Shown in pieces: positions 34,561 through 42,486 of a DNA stretch of 64,000 nt (positions within the stretch are counted from its first letter, which is position 1; every line of letters starts with the position of its first letter). Both the position numbers and the translations under genes were made by a program. Source of the stretch: an uncultured Bacteroidia bacterium (lineage in GTDB: Bacteria; Bacteroidota; Bacteroidia; J057; JADKCL01). Location: contig CAYGRE010000005.1 of assembly GCA_964352215.1 (NCBI GenBank), positions 18,527-82,526 on the forward strand. The letters are read 5' to 3'. A model generated the notes under the pieces. The model was given only the letters and a program-made list of their open reading frames with translations, did no database searches and had not been told where the DNA came from.

Positions 34561-34842
34561 TAGTTGTGTGGATAATAAGCTAAAATACAATGAGATAAAA
34601 GAATAATTTAGTCGTGTTAAAAAAGTGATCTCCCCCCAATCCAATGAACGGCGTTTGGGTATTTATGCAATTACTACTCAGTCCTATTGTATTGGAATAC
34701 AAGACCTTTCAACTTTGAAGTCTGCCTCTATTGTTCCTGAACTCTAGTAGAGTTATTGGCATTATGAGTGGGTCAAACGAATCGGTATATCCATTATGAG
34801 CAAACATCCCATGAATCTTCTCGTTTTTAGCTATCTTTAATT

Positions 34843-35076
34843 ATGGATTTGAACAGAGACAGAAATGAGTTGATGGAGATGATCGGCCAGATTCAAAATG
34901 CTTCATTGATGGCTAATATTAAAGAAGTCGTCAGTGACCTTTTATTTCCTACAAACGGATTTGAATTGTCGGAAGAGCACCGGAAGATTCTTGATGAACG
35001 GATTGACAAGTATAAGTCTGGCGAAGGGAAGTTGTTTACGTGGGAGGAAGTAGTAGAAGATGTAAGGAAAAAGTGA
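34843..35076 (+). CDS. Putative addiction-module antitoxin component (Unstab_antitox-like)
   Basis: This 77-aa ORF ends LSEEHRKILDERIDKYKSGEGKLFTWEEVVEDVRKK. That is the same pattern as the antitoxin at 46792..46998. Confidence 0.55.
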   Translation: MDLNRDRNELMEMIGQIQNASLMANIKEVVSDLLFPTNGFELSEEHRKILDERIDKYKSGEGKLFTWEEVVEDVRKK

Positions 35077-35222
35077 GTAGGAAACATCAATTCTATTTTG
35101 CCGAGGAAGCAAAATTTGAAATCAAGGAAAGTTACAGATGGTATGAGGCAAGGACAATGAACCCAATTCCCGTTTTGTCCCACTCCCTTTTTTGCCCAAA
35201 ATCGCCGAAATTTCATCAATAG
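35072..35222 (+). pseudogene. Truncated RelE/ParE-like toxin remnant
   Basis: A GTG at 35072 overlaps the antitoxin stop. The toxin-like N-terminus VSRKHQFYFAEEAKFEIKESYRWYEAR then diverges and stops after ~49 aa, whereas the intact homologue at 46995 is 108 aa. Confidence 0.45.
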
Positions 35223-35372
35223 GACTGAAAGTAAAATTTACCAACCCGTCACATTTGCCCAGCTTATTGACATGGGGCGTCAAAGGGTGGTTGTATCTTT
35301 AGTTTAATAAGGAAGAGGGATTGGGCCCCCGTCGCTCTTCCAGGAACTAATTAACCTTTAAACAATTTTCTT

Positions 35373-36521
35373 ATGGACTTTTTATCACCAAAGTGTTGCG
35401 ACCTATCTGAGCAAGTAAACGAAGAACTCAAGGATATCTGCGAGTCTTATGTTTACTCAAATGACACTGAATGTATCATCTATATTGTTGATAGCTTCAG
35501 CCGATTGTATACCGTGGATCAGGTAACTGCGGTTGCTACCTTGATTGGCCCTGTTGGTTTCTCAAGTGTCACCGATATTGCCTGGGATGGTACAACTTTG
35601 TACGGAATTACTGGCGGTCAATTGATCTCGATCAACACCACTACGGGTGCAGGTACCCTGATTGGTAATTACAGTGCTCCTTCCAATGCATTGGATGCCG
35701 ATGCTGCTGGAGTATTGTATATGATGGGTGGTAACAACCTTTACACCTTGGATAAGGTGACTGCGGTTGCAACCCTGATCGGGCCCATGGGCGGAGGATT
35801 GAATTCTTCAGGTGACCTGGCTTTTGATGCCAGCGGAAACTTGTATGGATCATTCTCTGGTGGAATCCTGGGACGGATTAACCCCGTAACTGCAGCCGCT
35901 GCTGCGATTGGCCCATTTGGTTTCAACCCTGTTTATGGACTGGATTTCTGTAATGGTGTCCTTTATGGCATTACTTCAGGTGGTCAATTGTTGACTGTCA
36001 ACACCGCGACCGGTGCAGGAACTCTCGTCGGAAATACTGGTGTGGCTTCCGTTTTTGGAATGACCAGCGCCGAAATCAAGACTGAAGTTCCTTGTGATTC
36101 AGCTGAGTTGCCAAATGTTGAACCTGTATTTACTGTTAAGTATGGTGACGAAGTTGGTGATCTGATTGAAAAAACTGATGTTCAGTGCATTTGCATTACC
36201 GCTTGTAATCCTTATAAAAATCTCTGGTTCCGTCATGTAACCGTGATGATCACCGATATTCTTGATCCTGATGGCAATCCCGTCGAACCCAAGAATTTCC
36301 TGTTCAAGCCGACCCGCTTGGTTTGCTTTGGTGATCTGGCTCCATGTGCTTCTGAGACTGCAGCAGGCTGTGGTTGCGGAACATCTTCCTGCGCCAGCCG
36401 TGAATTCGTTCTGGTGACCCGCGATGCAGAACCAGGAAATTATACCATTAAATTCCAATACTGCTTCGATGTGGAATTTGGTTCCAGTGCAACGTATACT
36501 TTCGAATTGGAAGTCGTGTAA
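35373..36521 (+). CDS. Leaderless hypothetical protein: N-terminal beta-propeller-type repeats plus a Cys-rich C-terminal domain
   Basis: Five repeats of the form LY.[VL]D..T..ATLIGP.G...(LYG) occur, for example RLYTVDQVTAVATLIGPVGF, NLYTLDKVTAVATLIGPMGG and QLLTVNTATGAGTLVGNTG. The C-terminus contains CICITAC and CASETAAGCGCGTSSC. Confidence 0.7.
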   Translation: MDFLSPKCCDLSEQVNEELKDICESYVYSNDTECIIYIVDSFSRLYTVDQVTAVATLIGPVGFSSVTDIAWDGTTLYGITGGQLISINTTTGAGTLIGNYSAPSNALDADAAGVLYMMGGNNLYTLDKVTAVATLIGPMGGGLNSSGDLAFDASGNLYGSFSGGILGRINPVTAAAAAIGPFGFNPVYGLDFCNGVLYGITSGGQLLTVNTATGAGTLVGNTGVASVFGMTSAEIKTEVPCDSAELPNVEPVFTVKYGDEVGDLIEKTDVQCICITACNPYKNLWFRHVTVMITDILDPDGNPVEPKNFLFKPTRLVCFGDLAPCASETAAGCGCGTSSCASREFVLVTRDAEPGNYTIKFQYCFDVEFGSSATYTFELEVV

Positions 36522-36595
36522 TCGCTGCCAATATTTCAAAAAAGGAGCTGCCGGAATTTGAGGCTGTGTAAAAACGTCTTGAAAGTCGGTCTAAG

Positions 36596-36650
36596 CAACC
36601 CGCTGTTTTTCGGTAATTTAATTACTGTAAAGACAGCGGGTTTTGCATTT
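36596..36650 (+). terminator. Hairpin followed by a T-rich tract, downstream of 35373..36521
   Basis: aacccgctgt (36596-36605) pairs with acagcgggtt (36632-36641), giving a 10-bp stem, and is followed by ttgcatttt. The 26-nt loop is long for an intrinsic terminator. Confidence 0.35.
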
Positions 36651-36762
36651 TGTCAAAAGTGAGAATCGTCACCAGGCCCCCTTGGTCACCAGCTTAAATG
36701 ACTTCGTTATAGCCGAAAGTGGTGGGCCGATTTTACCTCCTAAAGGACGATTTGCCTCGGCT

Positions 36763-36782
36763 GAGGGCACCCGGACCCTCGG
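36763..36782. repeat. Dispersed REP-like palindromic element, copy 2
   Basis: The sequence gagggcacccggaccctcgg is preceded by cctcggct, which forms the same CCTCGGCTGAGG palindrome seen at 46335-46346. It lies between convergent genes. Confidence 0.75.
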
Positions 36783-36932
36783 AACCGGACTCTTGTTTCA
36801 GACCCCTTGATGGTGTTTGTTGAGGATTTGAAGCTGTTTTCAAAAATTCGAATTTGATCTAGAATGACCAATGGTTGGAGTTCAAATACCTAACACGTGG
36901 CAGAAGAAATTCATATGATACATTCTTGGATA

Positions 36933-37526
36933 TCAGCCCCAACACCTCACCTTTAACAAGGCTGAATGTGCAATTCCATGCCCAGGGTCTGAGGGCGTAG
37001 TATCTTCCAACCAAATTTCAGTTTTATCTTCAGCAATCACATCAAACAATCCCTTCAGTCTCCGAGTAAGTTCTTCGGTAAGTTGTTCAAACCGCAGAGA
37101 GGTATTTTCTGCCTCATCAGAACTATCGAAAGCGACCTGCCCCCTGAAAAGCTGGTGATCTCCAAAGATTACCAGAACACGCTGACAGAAGTCATTTAGG
37201 AGTCTATTTTTGTCCATTTCCCCTTTTTGCCACCTGGGGAACAGCAAACCGACTTCATGTCGCAGGCGTTCACGGACCAACTGATCATTCAAACCCCGTT
37301 CTTCGATTTCCAAAGTTTCCAATACACTTTCGAAAATGAAATCGACATCCCTCTCCCGGTTCTGTATGACTTTGCCTTTCACAGACTTCAAGGCAAGTTG
37401 AAGGGGAAGGGAAACCTCTACTTCCCACTTTTCAGTATCTCCTTCATATTCCATCTTAATGAAGTCCTTTCTGCTGATTCGGATTTCTTCCAGTAAGGAT
37501 TCGATACATTCCCAAAGTCTGGTCAT
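36933..37526 (-). CDS. Hypothetical acidic cytoplasmic protein, translationally coupled to the upstream metallopeptidase
   Basis: This 197-aa ORF has no signal peptide. Its ATG (37526-37524) overlaps the stop codon of 37523..39682 as ATGA. Confidence 0.65.
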   Translation of the reverse strand: MTRLWECIESLLEEIRISRKDFIKMEYEGDTEKWEVEVSLPLQLALKSVKGKVIQNRERDVDFIFESVLETLEIEERGLNDQLVRERLRHEVGLLFPRWQKGEMDKNRLLNDFCQRVLVIFGDHQLFRGQVAFDSSDEAENTSLRFEQLTEELTRRLKGLFDVIAEDKTEIWLEDTTPSDPGHGIAHSALLKVRCWG

Positions 37527-39682
37527 TGGGTTGGCGAATTTGAGGTCTTGAGGATAAAGGTATGTGCCCCTGTGATACCTTTGTTATCCCATTGCTCAAT
37601 ATGGACTGGATAAGAGGCATTCACTGCTTTCCTGGTAGGACACACGGTAAAGTGAAACAACCTTATCCGATTGAAAACTTTCGGGAGCCGCCGACCGGGT
37701 ATCGGTATTATAATTTCCTGGAGGGAAGAATTGGGGTTCGAATTCACGACCTCTTTATTTATGGGGTTGAATGTACTATCCGCATGGAATGAATAATTTA
37801 ATCTTCCACCCGCGTCCAGAAATGTCTGCTGTGTTTCAGGAGAAGGTGAAAACCAAATTCGGATTGAATCGCGGATTAGCTTCTTGTACGGTATAGAATT
37901 AACCATACTACATGGATCTACGCGAACAAATTCATTGCTGCTAGTTCCAGTTGATGGTTTGCTTAAAATCATTTTATTGGAAGCACGCCCTGCAACTTTA
38001 TTTTTATTTACAACGAATTCTACGGCCCATTTGTCGTCTGGAAGGGCATCAGGGGTCTTGTTTTTATGGAATTGCGCGATAAACCGACACTGTTCGGAGC
38101 CTAGGGTTCCGGCAGGAATTTTGAGTTCAATGATCTGGATGGATTCTTGGGGAATGTTGATATCGTGAACCGTTCCAATGGCAGTAAAATCTGCCATCCT
38201 GCTTGAAATTGCATTGCAGTTCTGGTATGCGGTCAGCGAACCACTAACAATCCGGCTGCTACCATTGCGAACAATCACATACAAATAATTGTCGGTGCCA
38301 GGTATCGGATTTTGAGAATCATACAAGTGGATTCGAAGAGAATCTGGTTCGTTTCGCAAATAGATCTGAGGAGAAAAAAGAGGCACAGAAGCATCTGGAG
38401 TATTATTACTTGGTTCAATTCCATTGTCTTGGAAATAGTCCTGGATCAGGGCTTCTCTTACCATCATTAGGCAACGATTGGTGGACACCAGGCGTGCGCC
38501 AGCTATGATTTCGTCAAGAAATGAATTACTGCAATTCCCTCCATCAAAAACATATTGGGGTACACGTTTGATTCTTTTAACATTTCCCATGATGGTTTGA
38601 CGCGTTTCACCGTTGATGATTTTCAGGCAGGTAGAGTCTGCATGGTAATCACCGATGATGAGGTGCCCAATCTCATGTGCGAATAGATACTTTTTCGTGG
38701 GGGTTTGTGTTCGCAATACCGCGACAGCTTTTGACTCGCTGGCATAACCGTTATAGGTTGTATCTGCATTTTTTACAAAGACCATATACAGATCTGCATT
38801 GAAGCGCTCCCTTTCGGCTGCGAGGTTTTTATCTGTTATGATGAAGCTGTCAAGTTTGGACTTTAGATCAAGTGATTTCGATTCCAAACCGGCAGGATAA
38901 CCTTCGTATTCGCCAATATGATTCAGGTTAAGTCTTACCGGAATTCCATTCTTTGCGAAACTTTCATTTGCTTTTTCAATGGACATCAGGATATTGGCTT
39001 CGATTCCCAATATACCTCCACTTGCATTACGGGCAGAATCGGTATAGACCACCATCAAGTCGATTACCGTATTTCCGTAAGCGTTATCACAATTTAAGTT
39101 GCTTCGTGGCTTTCCGGTGTTACCTACATGTGGAAGATTGTCATAGGTCACCAATTCTTCAGAGTCTACTTTCCCAAGTATGTAGCTCCCTACAATACAT
39201 TTGCGCAACTCATAGTCGTTTCCACCATAAGAAAGATCACCTTCCAAAAATCCATCTGCGGAAAGAGAATCTCCTCCTCTGTAAATCAAGGTTGCCGTAC
39301 CATTCAGGCTATCGGCTGAGCTGAATTGCCATGTTTCATCAAAGATGTCACCTTTGCGGCTCTCCAAAACGAACAAGGCTGAGTCCCGGTCCAGAACAGC
39401 CAATACCGTATCTTGAGGTTCTATGGTATCCAACCTCGCAAGATCAAGTGTTACTATTTTCGTGGATTCATAGTAACTCATGGTCATGGCCTTACATGAG
39501 TCGGGAACCGCATCCGGACTGTGGATAAGCGGAGGGCCATAGCTGGCCTTCGGTTTGCCTTTCTTAAGGTTGCAAGGAGCACCACAATCCTGGTCTTTAC
39601 ATGAAGCCAGAATAAGAATGCAGGAGAGCAATGACAACACAAAACTCTGCATGGAGGTAGGTATGGTGAATGGGGTTTTCAT
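37523..39682 (-). CDS. Lipoprotein zinc metallopeptidase, reprolysin/metzincin-like, with a large C-terminal extension
   Basis: The lipobox is in SLLSCILILASCKDQ. The catalytic-domain pattern is VIDLMVVYTDSARNASGG..IEKANESFAKNGIPVRLNL. The motif HEIGH lies at 38663-38677 within LFAHEIGHLIIGDYHAD. Confidence 0.75.
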   Translation of the reverse strand: MKTPFTIPTSMQSFVLSLLSCILILASCKDQDCGAPCNLKKGKPKASYGPPLIHSPDAVPDSCKAMTMSYYESTKIVTLDLARLDTIEPQDTVLAVLDRDSALFVLESRKGDIFDETWQFSSADSLNGTATLIYRGGDSLSADGFLEGDLSYGGNDYELRKCIVGSYILGKVDSEELVTYDNLPHVGNTGKPRSNLNCDNAYGNTVIDLMVVYTDSARNASGGILGIEANILMSIEKANESFAKNGIPVRLNLNHIGEYEGYPAGLESKSLDLKSKLDSFIITDKNLAAERERFNADLYMVFVKNADTTYNGYASESKAVAVLRTQTPTKKYLFAHEIGHLIIGDYHADSTCLKIINGETRQTIMGNVKRIKRVPQYVFDGGNCSNSFLDEIIAGARLVSTNRCLMMVREALIQDYFQDNGIEPSNNTPDASVPLFSPQIYLRNEPDSLRIHLYDSQNPIPGTDNYLYVIVRNGSSRIVSGSLTAYQNCNAISSRMADFTAIGTVHDINIPQESIQIIELKIPAGTLGSEQCRFIAQFHKNKTPDALPDDKWAVEFVVNKNKVAGRASNKMILSKPSTGTSSNEFVRVDPCSMVNSIPYKKLIRDSIRIWFSPSPETQQTFLDAGGRLNYSFHADSTFNPINKEVVNSNPNSSLQEIIIPIPGRRLPKVFNRIRLFHFTVCPTRKAVNASYPVHIEQWDNKGITGAHTFILKTSNSPTQ

Positions 39683-39840
39683 GTTTTATAGTTATTTAAC
39701 TGATGTCGAGCCTGGTGACTTTAACCAATGGGCATGTATGACATTTGGTATTCTTGAATACATTGGTGGCCAACCGATATGAGAAATAATTCATACTTTG
39801 TGTAATCAATTGACCTTTTGACGTTGGGAAAGAACATTTT

Positions 39841-41331
39841 ATGGACACTGAATCCTCCAAATCACTCTGGAAGCGTAAGCCGTTTCGAATTCTTCGACTC
39901 ATGGAGTCAAAGGAAATTGATCTCTTTGAAGTCTTCCTGTCAGCATCTCTTTTCAAGTCCGGAAGCGACAATCAATTGCAGGTGTTTTTCGGGCACTGCC
40001 GAAAAATGGGAATCTGGAACACTGAGATAGGTCGCGATGAATTTTTGGAGAAAAGGGGACTGAAGATGAGCAACAATACTTTTGACAAGCTGATCTCCCG
40101 CCTTTACAATCGTTTGATTGATTATGCAGGTATTCATGGACTTTTGAAACAGCCGGCTGAATTGTATCCCTATGCCCTGAAATACTTCAAGGAGAGGGCC
40201 ATCAGCCCGGAAGAAATTGAAAAGAAAATGTCCGAGTGCCGGCGCATGTTGAAAAATCAATTCCCCAATGCAGACCATTATCGGATTTCGCTCGACTTGC
40301 GGCTTGAACTTGCAACGGCTTCGCAAGCTCGTGCCGAAAAACCAAGCGACCGGGGGTTGGATATGCTTCATTTGGATTTGGATGACTATTATATCACCCA
40401 GAAACTCCGTTTTCTTTGTGCATCCAGCAATGAACAATTGGTTTATGGCCATCGATGGGAGCCACCAGCAAAAAACGAATTGTTGCAATGGATGAAGTCC
40501 TCCTTTGACACCATGCCGAACCTGGCCAAAGCATATTTCCATGCCTATATGATTTTGAATAGTGAAAATGAAACTTTTCACTTTCACAAGTTCCGAGATT
40601 TGCTCACCACCTGGGGGACGGACTATGTGGAAGAAGTAGAAATCACCGATTTGTACGGCTATCTGCTCAACTACTTCACCATTCGACTCAACAACGGTGA
40701 CCTTTCGACCCTCACAAAGATCAATGAGCTTTTTACCGATCTCCTGGGTTGGGGAACATTGCTTGAAAATGGTAGAATTTCTCCTGATTACTTTCACAAC
40801 GTGATTGCAATCAAATGTCGTTTGGGGAAAGTGGACGAAGCCAGAGCCTTTATGGCAGATTTCGCTTCCAGACTCACACGTACCCAGGACAACACCGCTA
40901 TTGGCTACAATGAAATCTTCATTGCATTCTACGAAGGCAGGTACAATGAGGTCAGGAAAAAGGCGGAAGCGATGATGGAATTGTCTGATACCAACAAAGC
41001 CGACCAATACTATGGATTGAATTTGAGATGCTTGCTGCTCAAAACCTATTTTTCTTCTCTTGGAGAGCTGGATCTTGCCGCATGGGACGAAGCGGAAGAG
41101 AAGTTTCAAGGATTGTTGCGGTCGTTTCGTGGCTACATCGAGCGAAAAGACATTTCCCGGATGTCTAAGGTTCGGTTTGAAAATTTTCGGAAAGCTGTTC
41201 ACCGCCTGTATCATGTTCACTATGCCTTGCCAGAAACTGAAGATTTTTCTGCAGTGAAGAAGGAGCTGCTGCAGGATTTCAACAGCAGCTCCAATCTTCC
41301 GGATAAGGGTTGGTTCATAGCTCAGGTTTGA
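39841..41331 (+). CDS. Hypothetical all-helical (TPR-like) protein
   Basis: This 496-aa ORF has helical-repeat composition. Its general layout resembles the ORF at 60873..62246. The 470-aa antisense ORF was judged a shadow. Confidence 0.65.
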   Translation: MDTESSKSLWKRKPFRILRLMESKEIDLFEVFLSASLFKSGSDNQLQVFFGHCRKMGIWNTEIGRDEFLEKRGLKMSNNTFDKLISRLYNRLIDYAGIHGLLKQPAELYPYALKYFKERAISPEEIEKKMSECRRMLKNQFPNADHYRISLDLRLELATASQARAEKPSDRGLDMLHLDLDDYYITQKLRFLCASSNEQLVYGHRWEPPAKNELLQWMKSSFDTMPNLAKAYFHAYMILNSENETFHFHKFRDLLTTWGTDYVEEVEITDLYGYLLNYFTIRLNNGDLSTLTKINELFTDLLGWGTLLENGRISPDYFHNVIAIKCRLGKVDEARAFMADFASRLTRTQDNTAIGYNEIFIAFYEGRYNEVRKKAEAMMELSDTNKADQYYGLNLRCLLLKTYFSSLGELDLAAWDEAEEKFQGLLRSFRGYIERKDISRMSKVRFENFRKAVHRLYHVHYALPETEDFSAVKKELLQDFNSSSNLPDKGWFIAQV

Positions 41332-41348
41332 ACTGAAGAAATTTCGGT

Positions 41349-42002
41349 TCAATTTCCACCTCCTTCAACCGCTACGACTACACAAAGCCCGCCGCCGACA
41401 CAAGAGATGCCATCCATGTTCCCGTTGGGGTTTTTTACGGTAAAGGTCATTCCAGCCTCCCACTCCCGGCTAAAACCGTAGCTCGTCAGGGAAATTTTGC
41501 CATCGGTAATCGTCAAGTCTTGGTTGGTAAAATTTCTTTGGGAGGATCCAGATAGTGAAACCGTCAGGATATCACCATCCGACACCGGGCCATCAACAAT
41601 GAGGTAGTCTACCGAGCAACTGCACCTGCAGCATTTGGAAAACGATTCCAGGTTGTACAGGCAATCCTCTTCCAGATTGACCTCGTATACTTTTGTGTCA
41701 TTTGTCATGGGAGAAATTTCCTCAAAAAGAAATGAGACCTCATTAGATCCCGGAAAAACGTCCTGACATTGAGATGGTCCTTCTGGTATTTTTTTACTTG
41801 AGTCAGCCGTTTTGGTCAGTTCAGAAATAGTCGAATCCAGAAAAACTATACGCTCAGAAAGTGAATCTACTCTCGCTTGCAGAAGCTTCTTATCATCTTC
41901 CTGATGGCTGCTTTCGCAACCTGTGAAGAGAATAAGAAAGGTAATAGGGGCTATCGCGATGAAGCCTCTTGATACAAATTTGATAACATGTTTCGGGTTC
42001 AT
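41349..42002 (-). CDS. Hypothetical lipoprotein with a coiled-coil segment and a Cys cluster
   Basis: The lipobox is FLILFTGCESS. The segment LLQARVDSLSERIVFLDSTISELTK looks coiled-coil, and a cluster CCRCSCS is present. Confidence 0.65.
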   Translation of the reverse strand: MNPKHVIKFVSRGFIAIAPITFLILFTGCESSHQEDDKKLLQARVDSLSERIVFLDSTISELTKTADSSKKIPEGPSQCQDVFPGSNEVSFLFEEISPMTNDTKVYEVNLEEDCLYNLESFSKCCRCSCSVDYLIVDGPVSDGDILTVSLSGSSQRNFTNQDLTITDGKISLTSYGFSREWEAGMTFTVKNPNGNMDGISCVGGGLCVVVAVEGGGN

Positions 42003-42486
42003 AATGGTAATGGATTATTGGTCAATGTGTTTTTGAAACAGCGGCAAATTAGTTCGGGTCTGTTGTGGTTGAAAACACAGGTTTGGTATTTTCTTCCTTA
42101 CCGCAAACAGATAACAATTCTCTTTTTTGTCGATCCAGGCCATTAAGGGGCCCTTTCTAGAGCAAAAACTTATTCAGGAGGGTTCCGGCAATTGATCTTT
42201 TTGTAATGAATTCTATTTTTTCCTGGCTATCTGAAGGGAAGAAAACCAGAAACATGTGATTGTGGATTAAGCAAGGCCTGCGTGGAATTTGACGGTCTTT
42301 TGTTTCCGCCAGCATATTGTGGGACTGCACCCTGGAGGAAGATTATCGAAATCATGTGAATGGCCGCATCACCTCGAGCTGCCATATTGCAACCGTTCCA
42401 GCCGCTCAAATTCGAATCGGGCAAAGGAACTACCAGACAACCCTTAATACAATCCTCTTTCATTTAACCCAGTACTTCAAACAATT

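Noticed and set aside
39940-41352. A 470-aa minus-strand ORF antisense to 39841..41331.
   Set aside because: The reasoning is the same. The plus-strand protein has coherent helical-repeat sequence and resembles 60873..62246, whereas the antisense translation is low-quality.
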